DNA of 64,000 nt from Tricharina praecox. Taxonomy: Eukaryota. This document shows, one piece after another, positions 25,001 to 35,273 of the stretch. Numbering within the stretch: the stretch's first letter is position 1; the number at the start of each line of letters is the position of its first letter. The notes beneath the pieces were generated by a model. That model was given only the letters and a program-made list of their open reading frames with translations, made no database searches and was not told where the DNA came from. A program made the translations under genes and the position numbers. The DNA lies in the NCBI RefSeq assembly GCF_024521635.1, contig NW_026250406.1, positions 248,001 through 312,000 on the forward strand, written 5' to 3'.

Positions 25001-26041
25001 ATCCGACCAAGACGTGGGCTCGCCGGCGCCGCGCCAAAGCCGGAATCGACGCACTCGCGAAGAAGATGTTGCCTACCATCGAGCAGCTGCACAACGTCCC
25101 GGGATTGGGACTAATCCACGGCGTCAAGAACACCCTCGAGGCGGCCCTCCACCCGGCCAAGAGCTCCCTAGCGGAGTACGGTAAGACGTTTGTCAAGTCG
25201 TTGTTCAAGCAGGGGAATTCGCCGAAGGAGGTGACCTGGATCTTGATCTGTCTCTCCTTGGCCTTTGTGGCCAATTCCGCTCAGGCTGTAAGCCCTTGCT
25301 CCCCTGCGTCCATCCATCCAGTCGGTGGCTAACCGCCCCATACCACCAGTTCGCTCAAATCGTCGACTTCTACCTCGACGACAAAAACGCCGAGCACCTA
25401 ATCGAGATCCAAAAGCTCGCGGCGAAGGGCGATGCCCAGTCCGAAGACAAGCTGATGCGGTACGCGCTCGAAGCCAACCGTCTCACCAACACCACGGGGC
25501 TGTTCCGCAACGTCGTCGGCAAGACGACCGTGACCGACGGCACCCGCACGCACAACGTCAATCCCGGCGACGAGGTCTTCTGCAGCTTCGTAGCCGCCGG
25601 CTGCGATCCCGCCGTTTTCCCCGATCCGTAAGCCCCTCCCCCCGCTTCGCAACCCCACCACTAACACCCAGCAGCATGACCGTCAAACTCAACCGTCCCC
25701 TCGACAGCTACATCCAGTGGGGCGACGGCCCGCACCAGTGCCTGGGCCGCACCGTGAACATGATCCAGGACATGTGCCTCCTCAAGGTCCTGGGCAAGCT
25801 CAAGAACTTCCGCCGCACGCCTGGCGACGAGGGCGTGCTGAAGTTCATTCCTAAGACCGGCGGGATAAAGCTGTATCTCACGCCCGACTGGAGCGATTTC
25901 GGGGCTTATCCTACTAGTACCGTCCCCTTCCCATGTTTTGTGTGGTGTGTGAAAGTGTGAGTGGTGGCTGATCGCCGACGTGTGCACACAGCCATGAGAG
26001 TCCAGTTCGATGGCCCCCTACCGTCGCCCACAAGCACGTGA
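22078..26041 (+). CDS. ppo: Psi-producing oxygenase-type fatty-acid dioxygenase (heme peroxidase) fused to a cytochrome P450 domain, multi-exon
   Basis: LQHPPLTY, distal-His motif IIIHDIFRT, SSYLDLSPLYG, EFNLLYRFH (catalytic Tyr and proximal His), SDAVSLVRGDRF. P450 part has ANSAQ, EANR (ExxR) and WGDGPHQCLG (heme Cys). Last exon ends MRVQFDGPLPSPTST*. Confidence 0.95.
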
Positions 26042-26407
26042 CGGGACGAGTCCCCGGTCCAAGAGGTAATGCAGACTTCCGCCGCCAACAGGAGGAGAAG
26101 GACGAAGGAGTTGAGGAGGAGGAGTGGCTGGTGGGGTGCGGGAGTTTTGCTGCTGGGCTGCGGGGCGTATTACTTGACATTGCTTGTCAGTGGGAGTGGG
26201 ATTGTGAGTGGGAGTGTGAGTGATCTGTGGGGTGGGGTGGAGCACTTGCAAGAGCGTGTGAAAGTTCTGGCGGCGGTGTGGAATGGGTGGGATCTGGGCG
26301 CGCTTTTCAATGATTGATAGGGTGGATGGGATTCTCTTTTGTAAGGAAATTTATGATGATGATTATATTGCAATGCCTTGTACTTGGAGTGAATCTCAGC
26401 ATGGATA

Positions 26408-26493
26408 TCCGTTATGGTGTAGTGGCTAGCATCGGCCGCTCTCATGTAGAGCATCAAACCGGCCAGACCGGGGTTCAATTCCCCGTAACGGAA
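26408..26493 (+). tRNA. tRNA-Glu(CTC) with 14-nt intron
   Basis: Acceptor stem TCCGTTA/TAACGGA, anticodon stem GGCCG/CGGCC, loop CT-CTC-A, T-loop GTTCAATT, downstream T-run. Confidence 0.95.
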
Positions 26494-26988
26494 TCATTAT
26501 TTTTTTTTATGCATGTTTATCGTGCTAGATGGATGTTACACTCTCCTGCCTCGCCCAACCAATCTCGTTCTTTTGTTTTGCACATTGATCGTGCTACTGC
26601 CCAGATGGATGTTACACTCCGCTAGAGTACATCGTGCAATTAATCGCCGCTCGTGGAAGGATCAACACTCAATCGACGGTGGGAACGAAGAGACAACTGT
26701 TCGCAAGTGGCTGGAAATAACCAGGTACATAGCTGGAAGATATTCCCCAGCAAACACTAGACTGGTCATCCACGCTCCGTTCACCACCCCGGTCCGTGGG
26801 ATGCTATGGGTCCCGACCATGTATTTGGCATCCTTCCGTAGTGTTTGTTGAACGGCAGTGCTCTCCTCCCCAAACGGCCCATTCTCAGGATTGTATGGGC
26901 TGCGGGGCGTTGGTGGCAGGCGACCAAGAGCAAGCCCAACTGTCCCGTGGGTTGGCAAGAGTTCTCAACAGAAAGGTTCGTCAGAAAG
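26494..26988 (+). repeat. ~500-bp body 3' of tRNA-Glu, homologous (inverted) to 39055-39525
   Basis: Shared blocks such as CCAATCTCGTTCTTTTGTTTTGCA, CAACACTCAATCGACGGTGGGAA, AGCTGGAAGATATTCCCCAGCAA and GGATTGTATGGGCTGCGG. Confidence 0.9.
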
Positions 26989-27030
26989 CCATCGTCGTCA
27001 CTCGTTCAGATATTGCACATTTTGGTGAAG

Positions 27031-27414
27031 ATATGAGTGTGATATTATTCAGTTGCTCGATTCATTCGCAGAAACACAGCGGACGACCAGCTACCTACCT
27101 AGACATACCAGACAGAAGTAGGAGAAGAAGAAGAAGAAGAAGCAAGTATGAGAATCAGCAGGATTCCCGAGGCGCACTCGACGCGCGCGTATTACCAATA
27201 TGACAAATATGCGCATATCCTGCAGTGCACGAGTGACAACGGTGGCGCCCGTTCCGACGAGAATCGCAACACATTTGTCATATTGGTAATATTTGCACGC
27301 GTGGAGGACCCTGTTTATCTCATGCTTGCTTCTCCTCCTGCCTGGCATGTCTAGCTGGTCATCCGCTGTTTCTTTGTGAATGAATCAAGCAACTGAATAA
27401 TATCACACTCATAT
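27031..27414. mobile_element. Fold-back / MITE-like element with long imperfect inverted arms
   Basis: ATATGAGTGTGATATTATTCAGTTGCT at 27031 pairs with AGCAACTGAATAATATCACACTCATAT ending at 27414. Inner arms TATTACCAATATGACAAAT / ATTTGTCATATTGGTAATA surround a loop of about 60 bp. Confidence 0.75.
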
Positions 27415-27457
27415 TCTCAACAGGTTATGAGCTCGGCCCAGCGATACTACTACCTAG

Positions 27458-27860
27458 CTACATACAAAAAACCACTCCGGCTCGGGGATCTCCAACCGCC
27501 AAACCTCTATTATTTTCAAAGTCTTCAAGGCGTTGGATGACATACTCAATATTTGCGTCCTCCTCGGATAGATGTTGTAGTGAATCGGTGACGGAACTAA
27601 AGATGTCCGGAACCGTGGAGAAGATGTGACCGATGAGGTGCTGATCTGTGATCTGCTCGGTAGTACCTTGTAGAGGCTTGCGGTGCCTAAGGAGACGAGC
27701 GCAGTAGTCGGAAATCTTTTCATTGATGCCGGGTCTGAGATTGTGGAAGGTTCGCACGAGCTGGAGACGGGTAGCCTTGGATGCCGAATTGTCGTATTGT
27801 CGCCTAAGAACTGTGGATCCTGCCGAAATTTGGCAAGTTCTTAGGCGGTAATATGACAAT
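27458..27860 (-). pseudogene. Ty1/copia LTR-retrotransposon gag fragment
   Basis: LRRQYDNSASKATRLQLVRTFHNLRPGINEKISDYCARLLRHRKPLQGTTEQITDQHLIGHIFSTVPDIFSSVTDSL resembles the Retrotran_gag_2 (UBN2-type) pattern. No pol nearby. Confidence 0.7.
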
Positions 27861-29340
27861 CCGGCATCCAAGGCTGCCCGTCTCCAGCTCGTGCGAACAT
27901 TCTGTCTAGTATGTCTAGCTGCCAGCAAGGTGGAGAAGTGGGGCAGACAGATACGTGACTACGTTGGCGATTTATGTATCATACTACCGATAGTATATAG
28001 TAGGTAGTAAACACAACGATACCTCATCCCAACTCTCTAATCAGTATCTCTAGTCAGCGCTCTAGCGACGACGGATGCGTGACACGTGCTGCTCCGGGGT
28101 GGATGCGGTGTTCTATACACATCACAGCCACCTCCATCCCCATCTCCAAGTAGACTTAGTTAGGAATGGCTCGCACAAAGCATGATAGACTCATAATAGG
28201 ATGAGATTGTTCTACTCTATGGAAGGTTCGCTTTTGCATCCTGCACTCTGATAGATGTAGTTTCTTTTGCCTCCTCCGAGCGGTTGCGGTCGCAGTCGGA
28301 TGCTACTTGAAACTTGCATACACTGCGCATCTAATATGATGTAGGTGCCTCAAGCCACGATTCCTCACTCGCATCGAGAACGGAGGTGAAAGCTAGGTAC
28401 GCGTGGTGTGAACTTACCGGTTTTATAAAAGTGATCGCAACCTCGCAAGCTGTATGTCGTACGTACAGCCCCACCCGAACGAGAACGGGAATGAGAATGT
28501 CTCCGACTGGGTCTCATCATTCATGAAGTCCGAGTCCGAGTCCGAGTGAGAAGGAGAGTGAGAGATCAATGCACTCCATTATCGCAAACCTACGGCCTAG
28601 CTACTCCAGACTACACACGGCGATCACTTTCAGCTCTACGTAGGTTGCTACGCCACATGTAATCGGAGTCCGAGTTCGAGTTCCCTAGTTCCCGAGTTCC
28701 TGAGTTCCTGAGTGAGCCACTATGATCTCACCCACCGACCAAGCGGCGAGCGAGTGCTCTCCCATGGCTACCAGGATGTCGTACCGGACACTAGCCGTAC
28801 CCACGCTAGCCTCGATAATACCACTCTAGCGCAACCACCGCAAGCGGCCGCCTCATTCCTCCCTCCCTCTCTCTCTGTCCCTCTCTCGCCCACCGCCCAG
28901 CCCAGCCTCGCCCCCTCCCCCCCCGCCCCGCCGTCCGTGCACGGGTGTCGCCACCACTACCACCACCACCAGCACCACCACCAGCACCACCAGCACCACC
29001 AGCACCAACTCCATCCGGCGTCGGCATGGCATGGTCGGCGGCAACAGGAGTCAGCCCGAAACCTGCAGCCCAACCAGCCGACACGGTATGTACCTGAGCA
29101 TATGCATAACTATGTGCGTGCGACGTCGCTGTTGGACTCTGAACTCTGGAGTCGCGATGGATACATATCATACCTCCTGCTGCTGTTGCTGCTGCTGTGT
29201 ATTGTACTCTACGCGCGAGCATACATACGGTACATAAACCAACCCTTCTTCACTCCTCCCCCCCCCCCCCGACTCTGCGTCATGATCCGCCGTCCTCCTT
29301 CGCCGGCACGCACGAATCACGATCGGAGTGGTCGGCGGTA

Positions 29341-29405
29341 GCTAGGACGGTGGTGGCTAGGACGGTGGTGGCTAGGACAGTGGTGGCTAGGACGGTGGTG
29401 GCTAG
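29341..29405 (+). repeat. 15-bp tandem repeat GCTAGGACGGTGGTG (about 4 copies)
   Basis: Direct inspection. Confidence 0.9.
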
Positions 29406-31161
29406 CTCAGTCGTAGCTTGGTGTAGCTTGGTGGTGGGCGTGGTGGGCGTGCAGGTCGTGGCGCGGCAAGCTTGCGACTGTGACTGGAGTGCGACTGGAG
29501 TGCGACTAGAGCGTATGCGATCAGTCGCTACATGCACTAGTGGTGCTAATGGTGGTGCTCGGTAGCTCAATCAACTCCACCTCTTGCAAGTTCCAACTCC
29601 TCCTCCCACCGTGTTTATACCGCTAAAGTAGCGTTGTCTCTATGGAGATCGCAAAATCTCCGTTCTCGCACCGGCTCCCCACCGGTCGAGCGACGGAACA
29701 CGCGGCGCAGCGCGCTCTACACACCTACTCCACTCCACTCCACACTCATTCACTCATATCATACATATCGAGAGGAGACGACGACGACGACGGCATCAGC
29801 AGCAGCGGGCGGATATGCATGCATGCGTGCGTGCGTGCGGACTCCGGTTTCGCGTGCGGCGTCGCGTCATGCCGACCAAACAAGTGGAGGATGGAAGGGA
29901 AGGAAAAGGGTGCTGCTGCTGCGGCTGCGACCTGCAGTCTGCGGCCTGCGCGCGCGTCCAGGGGAGGGGGAAGGGGATGGGGGGCGGGGGGGGGGGGGGG
30001 GGGTATGGGGGGGAGGGGAACGGGGGAAGGGGGGAGGTGGCTGATCCGTTGATACGACGATGGGCGTTTCCACCACCTCCACCACCACCACCACCACCAC
30101 CACCGCACGCTCGAGTCGCCCGCCCGCCTGCTCTCCAATCACCAATCACCGAATAGAATAGAGTAGAGCAGAGTAGAGTAGGGTAGAGTACCGGTACACC
30201 GACGAGACTTTCCGAGGAAACAGGACGCCGGACACAGCAGCAGACCAAATATGTAGAACGGTGAGGCGGGGATGGGGGTGGGGATGGGGGAGGTGTAAAG
30301 TACTTTCGATTCCACAGTACTCGGATTATCATTCCATGCGGGTCGGAACGTCCGGAAGGGCCAGTCGTGGTGGTGTTCATCGCTCCGTGCTTCCTTCCAG
30401 ATGGAAGCGGTAAGGATTGACCATGTTCCATTTCTCGGCTTCTTTTTTTTTTCTTTCAAGGGGGAGGGCGTTTCGGGTGGAGACCCTTTTTTTTTCCTTT
30501 CTTTTTGTTTGTTTTTTTGCTCCCGTTTCGTTTCTTTTTGTGTGTTTTGTGGTGGTGTTTTGTGTGGTTTTGATTTTTGCTTTTTTGCTTTTGCTTTTTT
30601 TGCTTTTTTGCTTTTTTGCTTTTCCTTTTTTTTTTCTTTCTTCAGGTTTTCGAGTTGAGTTGGAATCTGGATAGCGCTGGGCGGATATGCTGCCATGGGA
30701 GTCTGGGAGTCTGGGACGGGACCATCGCTGGGCGACCGGATCGGGTGGGTAAAAATAACTCTCGCTCTCCTATGTCCGGGAGTTACTTGCCTGCGAGCGA
30801 GTCCGCGACGGCACGCACAAGCACCACGCACCAGTGGCCGCTGACCAGTGACCAGTGACCACAGACATCATCGCGGCCAGACGACGGACAGTCGGACAGC
30901 TGCTTCAGGTGCTCCAACTCGTGGCGCGTAGGGAGCCGACGTCGTGCAATAATGTGCACACACACGGGCATCCTTGGGGAGGGGGGAAAAGAAGTCGCGG
31001 GATTGATTCCTTCCCTCTGCTCCGCCAATGCCGCGATGTTCTCCGTCCACTTATCTAGAGTACAGAGTGGCACATGCTCTGTCACTTGTCGGCTTACCGA
31101 CCTGGGGGGTGATCTGCCCTTCCGTCTGTCTGTCGGCCAAGCACTCTGCACCGCGGTGTTT

Positions 31162-31306
31162 CTCCTCCTCTTCCTCCTCTTCCTCCTCTTCCTCCTCTTC
31201 CTCCTCTTCCTCCTCTTCCTCCTCTTCCTCCTCTTCCTCCTCTTCCTCCTCTTCCTCCTCTTCCTCCTCTTCCTCCTCTTCCTCCTCTTCCTCCTCTTCC
31301 TCCTCC
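31162..31306 (+). repeat. Perfect (CTCCTCTTC)n polypyrimidine tract, about 16 units
   Basis: Direct inspection. Confidence 0.95.
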
Positions 31307-33427
31307 GTCTTCTTCCACTTGCTTATATCCTCCCCATCCTCCTCCCCGCCCCTAACTCCGCCTCGGCCCCTCCATCCGCTCCGGCCCTTGTTCCTAGCCC
31401 GAGATGATGATCCGGCACGCCGTGGTGTTTTGTTTTGTTTTGCTCACAGAGCAAAGATACGGCTATGCATCCACTAAGGAAATATAGTACCCGCAGCGCG
31501 CGGATTCCTCAGTCTAGCCCTCTTCTGCATATCTCTGCTCGAGGATCGCCTGCATGTTTGTGCCCAGTGGGTGATGGGCTTGCGTCACTGGCCCCAATTC
31601 GGCCGTCATCGCTGCAGATCCCCCAACCCCTGCCGTGTATGGGAGGGAGGGAGGATGCGGTCTTGCCAATTTCAGACTCCTTGCTTGCTTGCTGATGGAT
31701 GGATGGGACATCCATCATCCCGTCCGTGTGTGGTGGACCGGTGGTGGCCGCAGCGGGTGCAGAGAATTGTTGCCAGAGAGAGAGAGGAGAGAGAGAGCCA
31801 AGACTAAGGGCTGCTGCAGTGTTTGGGTCCGCCGTATCGGGGTGACTGCGAGTGCGTCAGTCCCGATGTGTGTATGGTCCTGTCTGAAGGGGAAGGGTGG
31901 CTTTCTGGCTGTGTCGGGGGTGTCTGGAGTGTCGGAGTGTCTGTATCTGTCTGTCGGAGTCTGTTGGAGTCTGGTTGTTTCTGTCGGAGTCTGTCGGAGT
32001 CTGTCTGTGTCCATAGTATCGGTGTCTATAGTATCGGCACCTGTCCGTGTCTGTCTGTTTCAATTTTCTGGGTGTGCCGGTGTCTGTCTGTCTGTCAGTG
32101 TCTCCGTTCCTGAGTTGTGCAGGAGTGTGAGAGTGTGTGCAACATGAAGCGATGACAGAGATAGGGTGGGCCTGCCTCCAGGCCCGGCCGGTGTGTCTTC
32201 GTATCTGGGACTCCGGGCCTGCCTGCTGCTTGCTTGCTTTTGTACCGCCGCCGCTGTCGTTTATTCGTGCGTCCGCATTGTGATTCCACTGCACTCGTTC
32301 GCCGCCACCACCAACACCAGCAACCGTCTCACCATCTCCGGACCCCCCTCCTCCCTTTCTCTTTCTCTTCCACCTCTACCACCTTCTCTCATCGCAAACT
32401 CGCCGCCACTCCGACCATCACCACCTCTCCCCAACACTCGCCCACAATCGCTTAGACAATTCAAGTCGGTCTGTTTGTCCGTCTGTTCGTGGAGGTTGCT
32501 TGCTGGTCCGGCGGCTCCTCTCTCGCTGTCAAATTCAAATTCTTCGAGCCGGCACAGTCAACAGTCAACATCGTCGTCTCCGTTTAACACCACCACCATC
32601 GTTCACTGCCAATTGAAGCCGCGCATCGCCCGTTGAACGAAAAGTGTGCCGCATAATCCAACATTAATTCCGTAGTCGATTTTTTTTCTTCTTTGCTACC
32701 GTTCGCTCCTTCCTTCCCGATAATCTTTGCTATCCGAGTGCTCCGACTACTGTCCGCTGCACGCCCACGCCCACAAGCACACGCACATCTTCACCCAAGT
32801 CACTCACACAAAGTCTGATTCACGTTTTGCTGTCTTTACCTTACAACCTCCAACCTCCGAGAAGACTTCTTGGTGGAAATCGAATCGGAGAATCAGAAGC
32901 AGAGAGAGGCCCAAGCCGAGCAGGAGCAGGACTACTGCGTGCGAGTTGCGAAAGTCAGTGATTCGTCTTGCCTCGTACATATCCCGAGACCCCCCACATA
33001 ACTACTACTCCGTTTTCCTTTTTTCCGTCGTTTCTTTTTCCGTCGTCTCTTTTTCCGTCGTCTCTTTTTCCGTCGTCGTCGTGCTGTGTGCTGGGTTCGC
33101 TCCCGATACTGTGGATCCACCGCTTGTCGTCAACCACACCACACCACTTCGTGGAGACGCACAACCCCATCCCGCACACTACCGTGCAATATAGTATGGA
33201 GTCCTCTCACTCTCACCTGCACGTTCGCTCACAATTCACTTTCAGCCGCCAACATTCAATACCGCCTCCACTGGAGACTTACATGCACCAGCAGCGGCAG
33301 ACATATCTTGCACGTCTTGCTTCCTCGATCCGGACCTCGCTCCACAACCTTCCCACCGCCTTCGATGGGTTTTCTCCTTCACCATTAATCGATCCCCTAC
33401 ACGCCGGACGACGAACAACCCTCACTA

Positions 33428-34959
33428 TGGAACGGGCAACCAACATTCCGCGCACACGGTCCTCGTCCCTCTCGAAATCAACTTCACATAGCCACGGCCA
33501 GAACCATGAACGAAAAAAGACGGCGAGGAGGATGGAGGAGTGCACTGCGACGGGTTCGAGAACGGGAAGGGGACGGGGGCGGAGATCGGGTCTCAGTGCT
33601 GGGTTGGTCTTGTTGTCGGCCGTGCTCGCGCTTTCGAACTTGATCGTACCCGCTACGGCGCGGACCATCGCCTACTGCTCCAGTGTGAATACTGGTAGCG
33701 ATTACGATTCGGGTTTGTGCCTCTCCGGAGATGTTGCTGCGCCACGGGTGTACTGATGCTGTGCACAGTGATCAGTGAGTTCCAGAGTCATGGTCTCTGC
33801 TACGACAACTGCAACACGGGCACCTATGCCTTTGCGATCGTCCAAGGCTCGTATTGCTGGTGCTCGAACTACGTTCCGGGAACCGACGAGTCGGTGTCCG
33901 ATTGCAGTCAGGATTGTCCCGGATATCCCGACGACAAGTGCGGCGACACCCAGGCGAACCTGTACGGATATATGACCCTTTCGAATAAACCTTCAGGAAC
34001 CAAGGGCGCCGAAACCACGGTGAGCACTACTTCCACGATCCCCAAGACTACGAGCCCCACGATCCCCAAGACTTCCACTATTATTCAAGTTGGACCTATT
34101 ACGACCCTTTTTATCGTACGGCTTCTCCCATCCTGCATCTGTTGATATGCGTTGGAAGAGTGCCTCCGATCTCTTTTCTCGCATCTTCTTTTGGGTTATC
34201 GGCCCTGTCATCCCCCATCGGTTTGCTGACATGGTTGGTGTAGACGACATCCGCGACGACCACGAAGACGGCGACGACCTCCACGACACAGGCTAGCACC
34301 CTGACGACCAAAACAACATCAAGCAAGACGACATCAACATCGGCATCCGGTGTCACGGTGACTGTCGGCGGCACCACCATCGTATCGACGCCAACCGCGA
34401 GCCCAACCCCCAACGACAGCACTTCGAGCAAAGACTCCAACTTCTTCTCGAACGCTGGTCGGGCTGCCGGATTGATTATCGGAATCATCCTTGCGCTCGC
34501 CTTCATCGTTGGCGGGGTACTCTTCTGGCGACGCCGGCGACAACAGCAACACGCCGAGCTGTACGGCGGCCCCGGTTCACCTGCAGGGGGCATTCCGCCG
34601 GGAGGAGCAGGAGTGTTTGGTGGAATCGGTGCTAAGACGAGAACGCGGTCGATGAGCACGCTCGGGTTGGTGGGAGAAAAGGGAATGCACTCGCCCACGG
34701 GCGCGGCTACCACGGCATCCCCTGCTACGGCTGGAGAGACAACGCCCGGGACGGTGTACGATCAACGTTTGGATCCTAGTTCGCTCTTCATGAGATTCGA
34801 TCACCAGACGGGCAGTTCTCGGATGAGTGTTCGGAGTTTGCGCGACGACACGGACTATACACGCCGCGTTTTACGGGTGACTAATCCTTCGCTGTCCATT
34901 CTGCGTCCGAAACAATAGCTGACATTTTTTTCTAGCTCGCAAATCCCGACGATTCATAG
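33428..34959 (+). CDS. wsc: WSC-domain cell-wall integrity sensor (Wsc1/Slg1-like); start uncertain (in-frame ATGs at 33196, 33282, 33428, 33532)
   Basis: Signal-like LVLLSAVLALSNLIVPATA, Cys-rich WSC domain (YCSS...FQSHGLCYDNC...YCWCSNY...CSQDCPGYPDDKCG), Ser/Thr-rich spacer, TM helix followed by WRRRR, cytoplasmic DQRLDP and SLRDDTDYTRRVLR|LANPDDS*. Confidence 0.9.
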
Positions 34960-35233
34960 ACGTATGCTGGAAGTGGTACCTATCGCATGTGTCCCGACTT
35001 TCTTGTAACAATAATAGGGCCGATCTTTTTTTTTCTTTCGGTTTTTTTTCTTCTCTTTTTCTCTTCTTCTTTCCATTTCATACGGTTTGGAGAGTGTGGG
35101 AGAGGGGGAGGAAAGGCGGGGGTTCTTTTGTTCTCTTTCCTTCACACTTTTTTTTGTCCTTTGTTGTGCACAGCGATCATCAAGTACAGTACATTACCTA
35201 CACTACACTACACTACGAAGGGGCTACATGGTA

Positions 35234-35236
<3 letters not shown>

Positions 35237-35269
<33 letters not shown>
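35237..35269 (+). repeat. (CA)n microsatellite in the low-complexity 3' flank of wsc
   Basis: Direct inspection. Confidence 0.9.

Positions 35270-35273
<4 letters not shown>

Noticed and set aside
26662..26958. ORFs within the tRNA-linked repeat body as a protein-coding gene
   Set aside because: Reading frames are not maintained between the two copies (indels) and no domain is recognisable.
28712..32636. Numerous 100-230-aa ORFs (poly-H, poly-S, LLF and K-rich)
   Set aside because: They are translations of microsatellites and low-complexity tracts.
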